DNA of 62,911 bases, the filler included, from Sphacelaria rigidula (taxonomy: Eukaryota): the NCBI GenBank assembly GCA_964200075.2. It is 6 parts of 6 records of this genome, joined end to end, with 100 filler letters (N's around TTAATTAATTAA, not from the genome) between each part and the next. Parts side by side here need not be neighbours in the genome. Positions count along the whole stretch, not along the records: positions 1 to 10,403 come from CAXNAA020006557.1; positions 10,504 to 20,905 come from CAXNAA020006558.1; 4 more parts are not named here. The stretch is one strand, 5' to 3'. Below, in pieces: positions 1 through 13,449 of the stretch. Each line of letters starts with the position of its first letter. Position 1 is the stretch's first letter. The position numbers and the translations under genes are program-made. The notes under the pieces were generated by a model. That model was not told where the DNA came from. It saw only the letters and a program-made list of their open reading frames with translations, and did not search any database.

Positions 1-2315
1 CACACGAATCATTGTTCAGCGGCCCATCTCGAAACCTCGGAGCCAAGCGAATCTGAAAAACAGCCTAGGCTCCTCTCTGTGGGGTGACGCAAAGTGTCCG
101 AGACGTTTGTTGGCGATTTTCCCTGTTTGGGGGTCAAAAACTGGGGCAAACGTCCCAAAAGCGAACAATCCGTGGGCCATAACGTCCGGCCTAAAACCAA
201 GAGAAAAAAGTACTACATAATATGACCTCAACGACGGAAGCAGATTCTGGAACATAATATACATATATATATATATATGAATCTATCGGGATTCGGACTC
301 GTGACGTCCATAACGGGAGTGTCCTGCATCAGTTGGACTACCGGGGCGCTAACAGTGCTACACAAATGTACAGCAGCACGCGCAGCCCAATCAGGAGTTG
401 TGAGCCGAAACCCTACAAGAAGCTCCAACATGCAAGTTAAAATATTTTGACGGAAGCAACAACCGTTTTTTGTTACTTCATGGGACTGTGGCAGTCGAGG
501 ATCCTTGTCTTGCAAAAATTCCAAATTGCGCTAACGTTTCTCCGTTCGTTGCTCCTGGAATGATCCGCGAAGCGACAATGTAAATCTGGTGCGAGATTTC
601 AGCTTCTAACTCCTGAAAGTGACCCTCAGACAGCGAGCGTCGCCTCGGACCACTTCCACAGGCTGACGGTCCAGGGACCCCCGAGGGTTTCAAGGGGGCG
701 GAGGGGTAATTTTTGACAAGGGGGTAGGGGCCTGTTTGCAGAACAGCCGGAAGGCTCACCAAGTCAACCATGTGTGTTTGGAAAGTTTCCCACGGAAAAT
801 TATGAGCCAGGAACGAGGCCCGAGAGGAGCGGAGGGACCATTCTGACCAATCACGGCCGTCGAAATGGTCACTTTGTTTCCTTGATCGACTTCTTCGCCG
901 GCTAGCTGTATTTCTCATTTTGGTCATGGCATTTCAACCAGAGATAACATGAGCACAAGTAACGTGCTCTTTACCCTTCTCGTGGTGTACGCCGACTGCC
1001 CGACCCCTCATGTGTTGCCAGCATAGCTTCACACCATCTGTAGTGTTCTTGTGGAACACTAAGCAGAGACATCAGCAGCATGCAGTAGACTGTGTTTAGT
1101 GAAGAGCGATGGCACGCCGACAGTTTTTTGCCGTTGTATTTAGCAAAGACATACAGCACACTGACCCTACGTGCATTAGACTACAGGGGTAAAACCCATC
1201 AGGGGTTTTCCGGAACTATTTTCTATTCAGATGCCCAGCATCCACGAACCTCGCTCAGGCGACGCACGGCGAGTTATTAGGAGTTGGACGCTGAAATTTT
1301 GACAGCAGATTTTTATGATCGAAATGCAGAAGATCAGGGGTCCAGCAAATAAAAATGTAGAAAAATAGAAAGTTATGGGCATTTGAAATTTCAGAAAAAA
1401 ACAGATAATGCCATAAGTCCAGGGGAAAAAGGAGAATCTGCAGCTGGACTCGTGAAGTATCAGTTCCTTCGGTGCCTTCCTGAAATTTCAGCTCAAGACT
1501 CGTCGAATTGGGCCGTGCGTTCGACATTTTCCGTGACGCTGCTGCACCCCACTAATACCCAGTGCGGGGTGATTGCTGACGTGAACCCGCCGCATTAAAA
1601 AAAAAAACGCACTCCGACACGCTATCACTCAACGATATCAGACCCACCCTGTACCCTATGCAGTACATACAATAACGTCATCGGCAATACGACGCCAATC
1701 GAACATTGGTGCACTTCTTTGTCATCAGGTGGGTCAGCAGTTCACAGTGATATGCTTACATCGGGTTCTTTCGGGAAACTGGGGAAGCTGTGGTGTGAGC
1801 AGGTTTTGGCAGCTTGTAAGTGGCCCAGCTGGTATAATGGGGTCACGTTTTGAGCAGTTTTTCGAAAAGTTCCGCCTGTTTTTTAAAAGTTCTCGAAAGG
1901 TCTTGCTTGTTTTTTTCCAAGTGTTAAAAAAAAACGAGACAGTTTTCTGTGACAGAAATCCAATACCGAATCTGGAATAACCTGAGACATCGACCAATTT
2001 GAAAATCGGATAAATGACAGCCGAGCACATCGAATAGCGATGAACTCTCATTCTTGGGATCGTTTCACCAATGCCGTTAATATGGGGGGCTTGCTGAAGT
2101 CTGAACCTCGCCATCATGCGCCGTATAACATATTTTCTTCGTGACAGTTTTGGGGCTGTTTTGTTTTGTTTGGGGGGGGGGAGGGGGCTATCGCGACATC
2201 GCTCTGGTGCAGCACGTGCACGAATAACCTCAGATAAATCCATCACTGTGCTGACGACACATCTGTCTGCGGCGAGAAAAGGATTGGGAACAAACTACCG
2301 TATATTTTTAGTCAT

Positions 2316-2374
2316 CGTGCACGCGACTTGACGTTGCCACCCTACACCGTGCACGCGACTTGACGTCGCCACCC
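2316..2374. repeat. 32-bp tandem duplication
   Basis: CGTGCACGCGACTTGACGT(T/C)GCCACCCT occurs twice, 32 nt apart. Confidence 0.85.
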
Positions 2375-3390
2375 TTTATTGCGGTCTTGTCCAACTCAAG
2401 ATAAATTGAGGTACACTGAATTCACGGGTACGCCACACGGCCGAAAAAACAACACACAGACGCAAGTTTCTGTCGGTGCACACCTCACGGAAGGTCAACC
2501 GAAGGCTCAGCGGTTCGCACCTATGAGCACTCCTCCACCCCACAAAAAATACTCCCACCGACATCCCTTCTCATACCCGCTATTACTGTCAAGTGGAACG
2601 CTCCACAGGACGGGGCGGGGATAATACAAAATAACAGGTATTGCACAGACCGATTAGGCCGAAGCATTCACTACATACTCACACTCGTTCTAGCACTTAC
2701 CCGTTGATTAGGTTACGGCTTTATGGAGCACACACGGACACTCAATACTGTAGAGCAGTAAAATACCCCGGATCAGCCATGAAAATTTTCATTGGCTACT
2801 CTGGACGATCAGATGAAGATCACCTGCCGTTTTCATGAACGATTTTTAACCACGACGCAACCAAATTTCGTTTCCGCCAGTAAAAATCGTATTCCCGCCA
2901 AATGTGCAGTGACTCTTTCCCCCCACCCCCTTCCATTTCCCTCCCATAACATACCGCACGATCGCGACATATTTCCTCTTTGTGGGATGCTTGCAGCGGC
3001 AACAGCCCCGACATTTTTTCATTCACGTACACGCGAACAGAACGCCCTTGTATTATGTGCTGAGAGCCAATGTTGCAGTTCCAAGAAAAAGACACCTCCA
3101 CACATACATGCACGAAAAAACAACAACGAAAAATCCTTGTTTTCAGCACGAAAACGAAGACGGCGCCTGCCTTCTTTTTTCCTTCTCGCGTAACAATAGT
3201 GCTTTTGGCAAAAACATATCAAAAAGCAAAATAGCAATAATACCAAAACCGAAACCGTCTCTCTCTCCGCCCCTCTTGTCGTTCGTCATTCACGCACACC
3301 TAAAAGCGGAATGAAACACCTCCTACCGTAATGATTCTAGTGACAGTAGTCGTGGGTAGTTGTAGTAGCCAGGCGAACACCAACAGCCGC

Positions 3391-3498
3391 TTAATCGTCA
3401 TACACAGCCTGGTCCATCACACTCATGAGGTTGGCGTCAGATCGGCACTGGTCTAGATCCACAGAGGCCTGCGCTGCTTCCCTCGCAAGGCGCTCCGC
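3391..3498 (-). CDS. Terminal exon of coiled-coil protein with BET/GTE-like C-terminus
   Basis: Minus-strand acceptor ctgacag|GCG, 36 codons AERLAREAAQASVDLDQCRSDANLMSVMDQAVYDD*, phase 0 matching exon 4974-5138. Confidence 0.75.
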   Translation of the reverse strand, partial: AERLAREAAQASVDLDQCRSDANLMSVMDQAVYDD

Positions 3499-3887
3499 CT
3501 GTCAGCATACCGCATGGAAAATGGCGTCAAAAATGGCATTAACCCCTTCGAACCCCACCCTCACGAGTGATCAAAGGCGCGCTTTGTTGGCTCGTCTTGA
3601 GTGTACGGAGGATGACACACATGATCAAAACCAACCACGCGCACTTCAAGTGTCTCATGAAAGTGCACTACATGCGTACGGCACCCGACCCGTCACAGTC
3701 ATTCCCACAGCTTTGCAGCACAATGTTAGTAGAGCCCAGCGTAGCACAGCACAGTAGAGCACAGTCCTACATGTTGCACTCGTCTGCATCCAAGCCTACA
3801 ACCGCCAGACATGATTTCCAGCTCGAATTCAGGGTAGCAGCGGCGTGTCTTTGGGGTTGATTGCCAACCACCAGGGTTAGTACAGGG

Positions 3888-3957
3888 CAGTACAGTACAG
3901 TACAGTACAGTACAGTACAGTACAGTACAGTACAGTACAGTACAGTACAGTACAGTA
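3888..3957. repeat. (CAGTA)14 microsatellite
   Basis: Perfect pentamer run inside an intron. Confidence 0.98.
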
Positions 3958-4973
3958 TATTTGCGAGCAATGATACCGAAATCGATACCCGCACAAATCG
4001 GTGTGCAGCAGTTGCCGGCGGCTTATGCCCCCGACGACGCTGCTGCTACCCGTGGCTGAAGGGGGTGAGTCGGAGTCACAACCTTCGCCATTACTGCGTA
4101 TTACAGTCGTCGCGTACTCTCGTTCGGCTCCCAGCTGCTCGTTGGTGTTCCGAAATTGGAGCACTTGTCTTGGAAGTGTGTCAACACGGGGGCGGTATTA
4201 TTTGGGTTCTTTGAAGGTTTTTCCTTCCTTTATGCCCAAATAATGTATGCTGGCACAGTGAAATGAATAGTTCTCTGCACAGAAATCATGCCACTTCACC
4301 TCCGAAGGAGCAAGGGTCGTCCAAAAACTGCACCTGTATCGTGTTAGCCTTGGTAGAAATACTTGATTATGGGACAGGTCTTGCTATGAACGATTACACT
4401 CAATTTATATATATATATATATATATATATCGCTGGCTGCTTGCTCGCTCCACCCGCGGCCAATGTGATATGGTTACACACCCTGGACAAAGATTACGAC
4501 ATCAAAAAAATTACTGCGTACATAATGAGATATGTTGTCCACTGCAATAGACGCGGTAGTCAAAACTGTACGCAGTACACGTTGTGACAGCGTCGTCTCT
4601 TATCCAGGGTATAGGTGGTTCAGCACCACACGGAAATGAAAAGAGACGCCGTCCAAACTACAGTCATGTAGTAACAACAGGCGCTGGGGCCTAAAATGAT
4701 AAATCACGATCAAAGCGTATGCTGGCAAAATCGTACCATCCATACCTGCCATGAAATAACATGGCGTCCTCAAAAATAAAAAATAAAACAGTAACGCCAT
4801 GTTACGCCAATGGTATTACTACATGAGCTTCAGTTATTCGTAGACATATCAGTAGTTCCAGAACTCCCATCAATCATGAGACACATTTTGACCTTTTCAC
4901 GGCTTGCCATTTCAACCAAGAGATCGTTTTCCATTACTGCGCTCTCAACCACAACGATGGACAAGGAAATCAC

Positions 4974-5138
4974 CTCCTTCTTCTGCTCCAGTTCAGCCTT
5001 CTCTCTGTTCTTCTTCTCGAGAGCCAACGCCTCCACCCTCGCCTTCTCCGCAGCCCTCTCCCTGCTAAGTTTGAGTCCCTCCTCAACCCTCGCCTTCTGC
5101 CGCATCTCCTGGTCCCTCAATCGCTGTTCCTCCAGTGC
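4974..5138 (-). CDS. Internal exon, E/K/R/A-rich coiled coil
   Basis: cag|GCA...GAG|gtgatt, 55 codons ALEEQRLRDQEMRQKARVEE...ELEQKKE, phase 0-0. Confidence 0.8.
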
Positions 5139-5354
5139 CTGTCACGATTCATGCAAATCAAGCGCCAACAAAGACACCTTTCATGTCCAACCTTCTAATG
5201 CATGATTTCTCACATTTCGAAATAACTGGGACGAGAACGTCACTTCGGCTACACAACATACTAATGACGAAAACACACATCACGGCAACAAGCACGGAAT
5301 GCGGAAGTGAGATAAAAACGGGGGAGGGGGGGGTGAAATGAACAAAACGCACTA

Positions 5355-5906
5355 CAGTAGTGGGCGGTCTACCTATAAATTTTGTGGTATTTTGCGATTT
5401 GTTTTTCGTATTTTGCGATTTTCTTGGGCTCTTTTCGTTTGCCACCGCCCATCATAATGGGGATCTGAAGATATATGTATCTACTCCACATTCCAAAAAA
5501 AAAAACATCGGTACTCGATATTGAGCGCCTTATGGGCTGCCCGGTGATCGGGGGTCCTGCCACGTTTCAGCCAAGATTCTTACTCTCCGGTATTTTCGGT
5601 CGATTGAGCCTGTCCTCATCATATTTGTGAAGAAAATGTACAGTTTTATTTCCTTTAAATTCTACCTCCTCATTGCAATAGAGTCAAAAAACTGTATTTC
5701 ACGGTCAATAGCACCCTCCTGATAAATGGGGTATTTACTCGTATCGCCCGATAACACCAATCAACACTGACTTTGGCGCTCTGTTTCCAGGATTATCTGT
5801 TTATTGTATCAACATCTACCAATGCTAGCAATTCTGGGTTCTATCGAAGAGTAGTACGCGAGGAAAACCCCCAAACACCCCTAAATAATTAGACCCCCCA
5901 CTACTG
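5355..5906. mobile_element. Non-autonomous Tc1/mariner-like MITE
   Basis: 17-bp TIRs CAGTAGTGGGCGGTCTA / TAGACCCCCCACTACTG (1 mismatch), TA on both sides (5353-54, 5907-08), non-coding interior. Confidence 0.75.
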
Positions 5907-8344
5907 TACACTCTGAATCCCAACCGCAACGACCCCCGTTTTCAATCTCTTTCAAACTTGCTGTAACCATAATATGATGGGCCTCGGAAATGGTACTAGT
6001 TATAACTGACCATTATCATGACAATGGAAATAATGTTTACGGTTATATGAAATTATTAGATAATGGTTCAAAACACCATTTACCGTTACCGGCTTTGCCC
6101 TCAAAAATTGGCCCACCTTCAACGTATTCTTGGCACAACACCCAAACATGGGGGATGATTTTGCAGTGAATTAAATTATTTGCGCGAAGCGCGATTCTGG
6201 CCGAGCGTTCAAGATCGCCACCCAGCGAACACTGAGGACCCGTTTCAAATCCATCAAAGACACCAAAACAAGGAATATGTCCTGTTTCACTGTACTGCAG
6301 CACAAACACACTCACGTCCGCTCTCGTGTGCTGTAGCTATCACGTTCTGTGGTGTGTGTAGACCTTGCGAAGACGGTTTGGTCTCCGCTGAGATTGCCTG
6401 AGCTGCTATAATGTTGTGTTCATCTCTCGGTAAACTATATTATCACCCGGGACTCAGTGCGGTCTACACTCTTGACTGTTGAAAACTTGATGTTACCAGG
6501 ACCCATCACTTGCGCGATACCAAACATGGCTGAGTATAAACACAAAACTAGCGCCGGTATACACCGCTAAATCGGCTGAGCCAGACCAACTACGGATGAA
6601 AGGAGCACCCCATAGCATAGTGCGGATATACTGCACCGCCAGGGTACTGCTTGCATCTGTCAGGATGGCGGCTGCTGCCGGTAACAGCGGCGCCAGCGCT
6701 CGCGGTCATGGGAAGACAACCAGCCGTACCAAGATGGAGATATACCAATACACGAGCATCGCAATGACCTCCTACGGCGGCAATGAACCACTCGCTGCCT
6801 GCTTGTCTGCTTGCAGCTTCATCTCTTCGCTGCTGTCCTATCCGTCCCGGCGCTCCTGTTCACTCCTGTACTGTGATCCGTAGACTACAGGTGCCCCTCA
6901 AGTCTACGAGCCCATCACAAGCGTTCTTCACTACAGATTTCACCACGAAGGTCGCATTTCATTGGCGCTCGATTCCGCCGATTCCTCACTGGAGGGCCTC
7001 TGATTAGTTGAATTTCACATTTCACTACAAAAATCGATCCTCATGTACGGGCGTTGTGCCGTTTTTTCAACTCCAGTGAAGCCAAATCGCGTAAAACGTG
7101 CCTCCGGCACGGCGCCTCCGGCGAGGCCCCCTCTGCCGGGGTAAAGGGGGGGAGGGGAGGGAAGCTTTTGGGGTCGCGGCTGCGCCGCTCGATGATGAAA
7201 CCATTATGTACCATTCAACTGGTTAATGTTTAGACAAAGCATTTCCGAGCTCTATGATATGGCGAATGTTTCACTTTCAATTAGCCATTAGACGGAGTGA
7301 AAAAAGTAAGCGAGAGGAACAGTGGGAGTGACAATGAAAGAACCGACACAAAACAGCATTCACCCTACGAATGTTGCGAAAGGGGAATCAACACGAACCA
7401 ACACTTTGAAATATCCCGCTTCATCCGCGGCCTTGCGTTGAAAAGTCACACAAAATTGTCCACTGCGAGATATCGCGTGCGGCACCAGCACCTCCGAGCA
7501 AACCATCCCGAGCTCACCTCCAAGATAAAAACAAGAGCCTGCGGATAACACACCTTTTTACACCTCTTTTATGAAAATATCGAATAGTGATTCTATTTCA
7601 TCAACGGAATAGTGGTAACGTGCATATTTCACTCCCGACTTGGACTTTCGGGAACCGAATTCCAAATCATTGTGCCCCACAAAAAGGAACGCCGCGGCGG
7701 GGGGCTGGTCACCACGATGCGCCACCAGCACCACCGTGTCATATTCCGCGACGGTATTACCGTAGACGAGTGGTTGACTGATTGAAACTCCAGACTCCCC
7801 TTTTGTCTCACGGCAGTGACAAAACAGAGGACACCCGTGAAAATAGCACCAATCCATCACTCATCGTCACAAAGTTGACTAAAGGCCATAATGATTGCAC
7901 ACACTCGTATTTCTGTGCTTTGCTTGTGTTAACCCTTTTATTACTCATTTTTGTTACGACTTAGTCTGTTATGTCGTTCTGTTCGACTTTTTTCCCCCCT
8001 GTTCCTTCTTCTCTTCAGAACGTGTCCCACTTTCGGTTTTCTTGGGTACGTCCATCATGAGCCACGGCTGGACCCCTGGGGGGTCAATTGAAGTGCGACA
8101 GTCAATCAATCAAACTGGACGAGAGATCAAATTGTTGGAAAAAAAAATGCACTGTGTACAGTATGGATGCATTGTCTGCTGCAACAGGCGCAATAGTCGA
8201 TACTGTCGATACTGTACACAGTACACTTTTGACAGCGTATTCCCTTGTCCTGGGTGTGGAAAATTGACACATCACACCAGTGACGATGCCATCCAGATCC
8301 CACCCTACCCTTTCTAGCGCCCGATGCCCGTCCCAAGCACACAC

Positions 8345-8549
8345 CTTCTCCGTGGCAGCCCTAGCCCTCTCCCTGCCCTCTCGCTCCTTCTTCTCCTCCT
8401 GTGCCTTGGTCCACTGCGAGTCCAGCTCGCCCGTGTCTCCTTCCCCAGAGCCTTCCCCGCCGCTCAGCCCACCTTCCCTACCCCTCCCAAACATGTCGAC
8501 GTTTTCGTCGTCCTCGTCGTAGTCGTCTTCCTCATCGTCCAAGTCTAGA
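8345..8549 (-). CDS. Internal exon (acidic tract plus start of coiled coil) of the same gene; 5' part of gene not identified
   Basis: atcag|T CTA GAC...GAG AAG|gtgtgt; LDLDDEEDDYDEDDE...SQWTKAQEEKKEREGRERARAATEK; ends in phase 0. Confidence 0.75.
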
Positions 8550-10342
8550 CTGATTTCCGCGCCCTGCCGTTCGCAAAGCGCAAACAGACAACCATGTTAC
8601 ACTGCATTTCATAAACCCTGCTTGGGAGAGGCGACCGTCTTTTTTCGCGACAGTTTCCCGAAAATTACACATCTTCCCCCCTCCAAAAGTCGAGTAATCT
8701 TGCTCAGAAGGCGATCTTTTTCGGAACGATTTTCCCCGCCTTACTTCCTTCAAAAGTAAACTATTGGCTTCGTGAGCTCCAAGAGTGGGGCTTCAGCAGG
8801 CGGATTCCTACGCTCTTCAGTAACTCGCTCTGCTCTCGTGGGAGAATTTTGTAACACCCTCGTGCTTTCCGACGTGCGTGGCGTTATTCTTGGCCGAAAT
8901 AGCAGCAACACTGAAGACAACTGATCACAGTTCCGAGAAACTCCAATTTTTCGGATACATTTCCGCCCACTTGTGAGTTTCTGATCAGCAAATACCTCCC
9001 ACTTTCGGAACCAGGCCACCACCTCCCCCCGTTTCTCAGCCTTACAGGGATGTTCAATCCAGTCGCCAGAAGCCACGACAAAAGCAGCATGAAGGCCCTG
9101 TGAAAGAATCTGCGTCGTCTGCATGAGGAATCTTGCGTACATGGACAACTCATTGTGTGACTTTTTTTTTCATTTTGCAGCCTGATCTAAACGTTAGTAT
9201 TTTCGAGTCAGTTCTTCTCGAACAGCATGGGATCCAAACAGTGGTATCACATTCCGCAGGGGTGTACCCACTGATGGTAAACAACAAAATAAATTGAGTA
9301 TTGCTCCAACCGGTGATGGAGCAATTGAGCAATACTAATTTCTTCTGGTTATTCTCGACTGTACGGGTTCGAGTAACTACACAAAAACTTTTTCTCTAGT
9401 CGGGGGGAGGGGGGGGTTCAACATGTAAGCATTTGTTTCTGTCTAAAACAGCGCATGGTATAGAATTGAAAAGTGAGGGAAGGCTCTGCCTTATCCTCTA
9501 AATGCTGTCTCTGTATCGCATGACGTGGTTTGGAAAGATTCCACACCCTGTACAACCACAACAGTTGGTCGTTGTTTCGCAAACAACCAACTGTTCAGAA
9601 TCGTGTGTAACCATTGTAGTTGTTTCTGGACAACTAATCACAGAATCGTGCGCAACCAGTTGTTTGGAAACAACTAGCCGGTAGTTGTTCGACAAAAACC
9701 TCACTTGTTCATCATAGTTATACAGGGTGTGAAAGATTTCATAGTTTTCCCCGTGCTTCGTGCAAAATCTCAACACCAGCTCGATATTTCTCAAGGACTC
9801 GCGGTAAACTCGTATCCATCTCTCGAGAACAGTGTACATTCTTGCTCTGAGTCCCGTAACCGACTCATAACATGTCGACCGATCGCACTTTCAGAGGTCC
9901 GACTGCGCCTGGTATCCTCATGAGACGGGTGCAAAATAACCCCTCGCCGCCGAATTTGGGCTTTTTGGAACATTGGAGATGCCGTGTTTAATTCATACAT
10001 CACTTCTTGACCAGCGAGGAACATTCCTAATCGGCTCGAAAAATATTTCGCGCACCGGAATCCTCTCGCGGTAGTGGAGCAAGACACTCCCAGGTGTGTG
10101 GCAGAAAAAACCGAGCACCGTGCACTCCTCTTAGTCGAAAAACATCGAAAAGGGGGTCAAAACACTCTTCCGGGAGATTACTTGTTGACTCTGTTGATAT
10201 TGCCATGATATTTTACCAGTTTCATCGGGGCCAACTTCTTGGGCTCTCCTTCTCGTTTTTCTCTTCTCCCTTCCTCTCTTTTTCTGAAACTAGTCGCCTG
10301 TCGATTTTGATAACTCAACTCCTTCTTCCATCCCCCATTCAT

Positions 10343-10403
<61 letters not shown>
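10343..10403. repeat. (TAC)n microsatellite at contig end
   Basis: About 20 perfect triplets running into the gap. Confidence 0.97.
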
Positions 10404-10503
10404 NNNNNNNNNNNNNNNNNNNNNNNNNNNNNNNNNNNNNNNNNNNNTTAATTAATTAANNNNNNNNNNNNNNNNNNNNNNNNNNNNNNNNNNNNNNNNN
10501 NNN
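10404..10503. other. Artificial contig-joining linker
   Basis: 44 N + TTAATTAATTAA (stops in all six frames) + 44 N. Confidence 0.99.
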
Positions 10504-10690
10504 ATATGTGCGCGCACCAGCCAGCCGGGGTCACACAAGAGCTTGTTCTTTTCTATTTGTTTTCACTGCAGCGCTTGCCTTGACTTTTTATCGCGGGAAG
10601 GGTTCAGCAGTCGCTTTCCCTCGTAGTCGATTTTTGTGTACCCACGACATGTTCGCTTTCTACTGTTGGGCATGGTGTGAGGGCCTGTCT
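10504..10690 (-). mobile_element. SINE body fragment (no tRNA head)
   Basis: Similar to 54357-54590: CAGCCGGGGTCACAC...GCTTGCCTT...TTTATCGCGGGA...ACTGTTGGGCATGGTGTGAG. Confidence 0.8.
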
Positions 10691-11570
10691 TGGCACTTTT
10701 TTTTCGATCAAGAAAAGGGGGCGGTGGAATCGATCTGAGCAAAAATTTCTCGTTTTGATGCAGTTGGGTACAGATGGATTTTCAAGCATTCGATCCAAAA
10801 ACTACAGTGAAAGGCGTGAAACGGCACATAGTCTCGTGTACAGTGCAGGCAGTCTGTACTGTCTGCACTGCTTCCAAGCAGGGTGTGTTGAGTGCGTGTG
10901 TGTGTTTCGTGCAGGAAGATATAAAGGAGAAGCAGGCAACGTGCAGTGCAGACAGCCTACGACTATCATTTCTCTCTGCTCACGATGCGATGTGAAAAGG
11001 ACTTCAGCAACGTGCAGCTTTGAACTGTCTGCAGTGTCCATGAGCGTGCACGCAACTCGGGTATACCCACCATACTACGCAGTTCCGTCCCTAATGCCTA
11101 CCATGAGAGTAGATGCTCAAGTATTCGCCAACAAAAAATAAACAAAGCACACCCAACTACAGTAGTGTATCTATCCCTGTGCTCAACTCGTGCCCCATTT
11201 TGCAGGGTTGCGGTGGTAGCTGAGAATGAGTTAGATGGAGTTTGCATGATCCTGTAAACAGGTGTTATTTGGCGTGGTGGTCTGTAAGATAGGAGTCACG
11301 TGCTGCGTCGTGCCTTTCGAATGCATGTTGTCGATCGAAAAAAAATATGTTTTTTTCCCTCGTTGCATTCTTCTCCGCGCGTCGCTAATTATAATTTTGA
11401 GTTGAAGCCTTCGAGGAACACAAATGCGGTAGACCTATCAGATCGGCAAAAAAGAAATCGACCGCACTTTTTCGATCGAAGAAAAAAGTGCATATAAGAC
11501 AGGCGCTGAGACGGAAAGACGTTTATCGTAAAAAAAAAACTTCATGCCAACAAAAACACAAAGTCAAGAC

Positions 11571-12400
11571 GTGAATCGGGATCATTTTCAGTGTTTTCAA
11601 GATAAAATGATGTCGATTCTCAAAGTGACCCATCCAACACCCCAAGAAACATTTTCGCCAAAAAATGAACTTTTACCATAGTATGGCTCCGTTGTACACC
11701 TTCCGGTATATATATGTGGGCGCACGAGCCGGGGTCACACAGGAGCTTAATCTTTTTTTAGTTTTTTTAGTACGTCACCTTCCTTCTGCGGTGCTTGCCT
11801 TTATTTTTTATCGCTTACTGTGCAATCGAAATATCCGGGGACCGGAGACTCAAATGTAGGCAGGGGACGTTTCGTGAATCGGCATCATTTTCAGTCTATC
11901 TCAAGATGAAATGATGCCAATTCTCAAAGTGACCCGTCCAACACCCCGAGAATCATTTTCGCCAAAAAAGTGAACTTCTACCATAGTATGACTCCGATCT
12001 ACACCTTTCGGTATATATATGTGGGCGCACCAGCCGGGATCACACAGGAGCTTGTTCGTTATTGATTTGTTTTGAGTACCCCACCTTCCTTCTGCGATGC
12101 TTGCCTCTATTTTTTATCGCTTACTGTGCAATCGAAATATGCGGCGACTGGACATCGAAATGTACGCAGGGGAATTTTTCGTGAATCGGCATCATTTTCA
12201 GTCTATCTCAAAATGAAATGATGCCGATTCTCAAAGTGACCCGTCCAACACCCCGAGAAACATTTTCGCCAAAAACGTGAACTTCTACCATATTATGGCT
12301 CCGATCTACACCTTTCGGTATATATATGTGGGCGCACCAGCCGGGATCACACAGGAGCTTGTTCCTTTTTAAATTTTACTTGTTCTTAGTACGCCACCTT
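11571..12400. repeat. Tandem array of ~305-bp units (2.7 copies) containing a SINE fragment
   Basis: Units start GTGAATCGG at 11571, 11874 and 12181; each contains TACACCTT..GGTATATATATGTGGGCGCAC..GCCGGG.TCACACAGGAG. Confidence 0.93.
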
Positions 12401-13449
12401 GACCTTGCTTACGATGGCAACCAATGAAGCCTGAAAGCAAGACACAGAAGAAGGTCGTGGGAGTTGACCGGAACAGAAAGTGGGTACTACCGTCTATTAC
12501 GCGCAAACTTTCAAACACTGACAGGTTGGGTCGTTCACATATATATCATGTCTCCTGTATATTCGTGTATGCATGTTCCCGTTTTTCATAATAAAATTTC
12601 CGTCTTTCAGAATTCAAGTGTCAGATCCACGATGAGGGTTCCGCGTATTGCCTATCACGCGCAAACTTTCAGGCACTCGGAGGTTGGGTCGAAGGTCGAA
12701 TCTTGCCCTCGTCGATGGTGACCGATGATGGAAAAACATTGCTCTGTCTCATCAAGCTTTCGAAAATGAAGAATGTCGCAGGATGAAGTCGAGCTGAAGG
12801 GTTTTGTGAAGTGTACTGTTTTAAGAGCAAGTCTAATCGACCCGCTTGCACGGGAGCGTTCGCACGTAATATTAGTTAGACATATATATAATAAGACATA
12901 TATATATATATAATATTTCGAACTCACGAGCGTCAAGCATACCTTGTAACGAGGCGTCCACGAGATTCAATGCTGATTTTAGTGTCCAATTTTCTCCGCA
13001 CCCGCCCCGGGAGATGACTGTTCGGGCCAATGCCAATGCTAGGGGTCCGGTTAACGGATTCGTACTCTACTTTGTGCGGGGCTACACATGCGTTCGCGAC
13101 CGTTCGAACGGACGCACTATCGCGGTGGTCCTGCAATGTTTCCGGCGGGCATGAACATTTCGAGAGAGGATCTACCCTCACGAGGGCTCGGCAAGGTAAG
13201 AATACCGAGACCCTTGAAAAAGACGGTCGGGACCGGGGCGCAGCGTCGGGTCCCGTGCGGCTTGTACATACTATATATATCTATATATATAGATCTATAT
13301 ATATAGATCCAGACGTGGGTATTTTTGGGTCATCTTGTGGTCTTGGCTGACTTGGCACGCATGCGCGCTCGCTCTCCGACGTTTGCCGCGTTGTTATGTC
13401 TATTTCGTGGCTGTTTCGGGGCGGGGACCAATACCGTGGCTTCTTGGAG

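Noticed and set aside
8750..10090. Minus-strand ORFs as upstream exons of the BET-like gene
   Set aside because: No bromodomain or ET motifs and no convincing phase-compatible splice sites.
10448..10459. TTAATTAATTAA palindrome recurring every ~10.5 kb
   Set aside because: Synthetic six-frame stop linker inside N runs.
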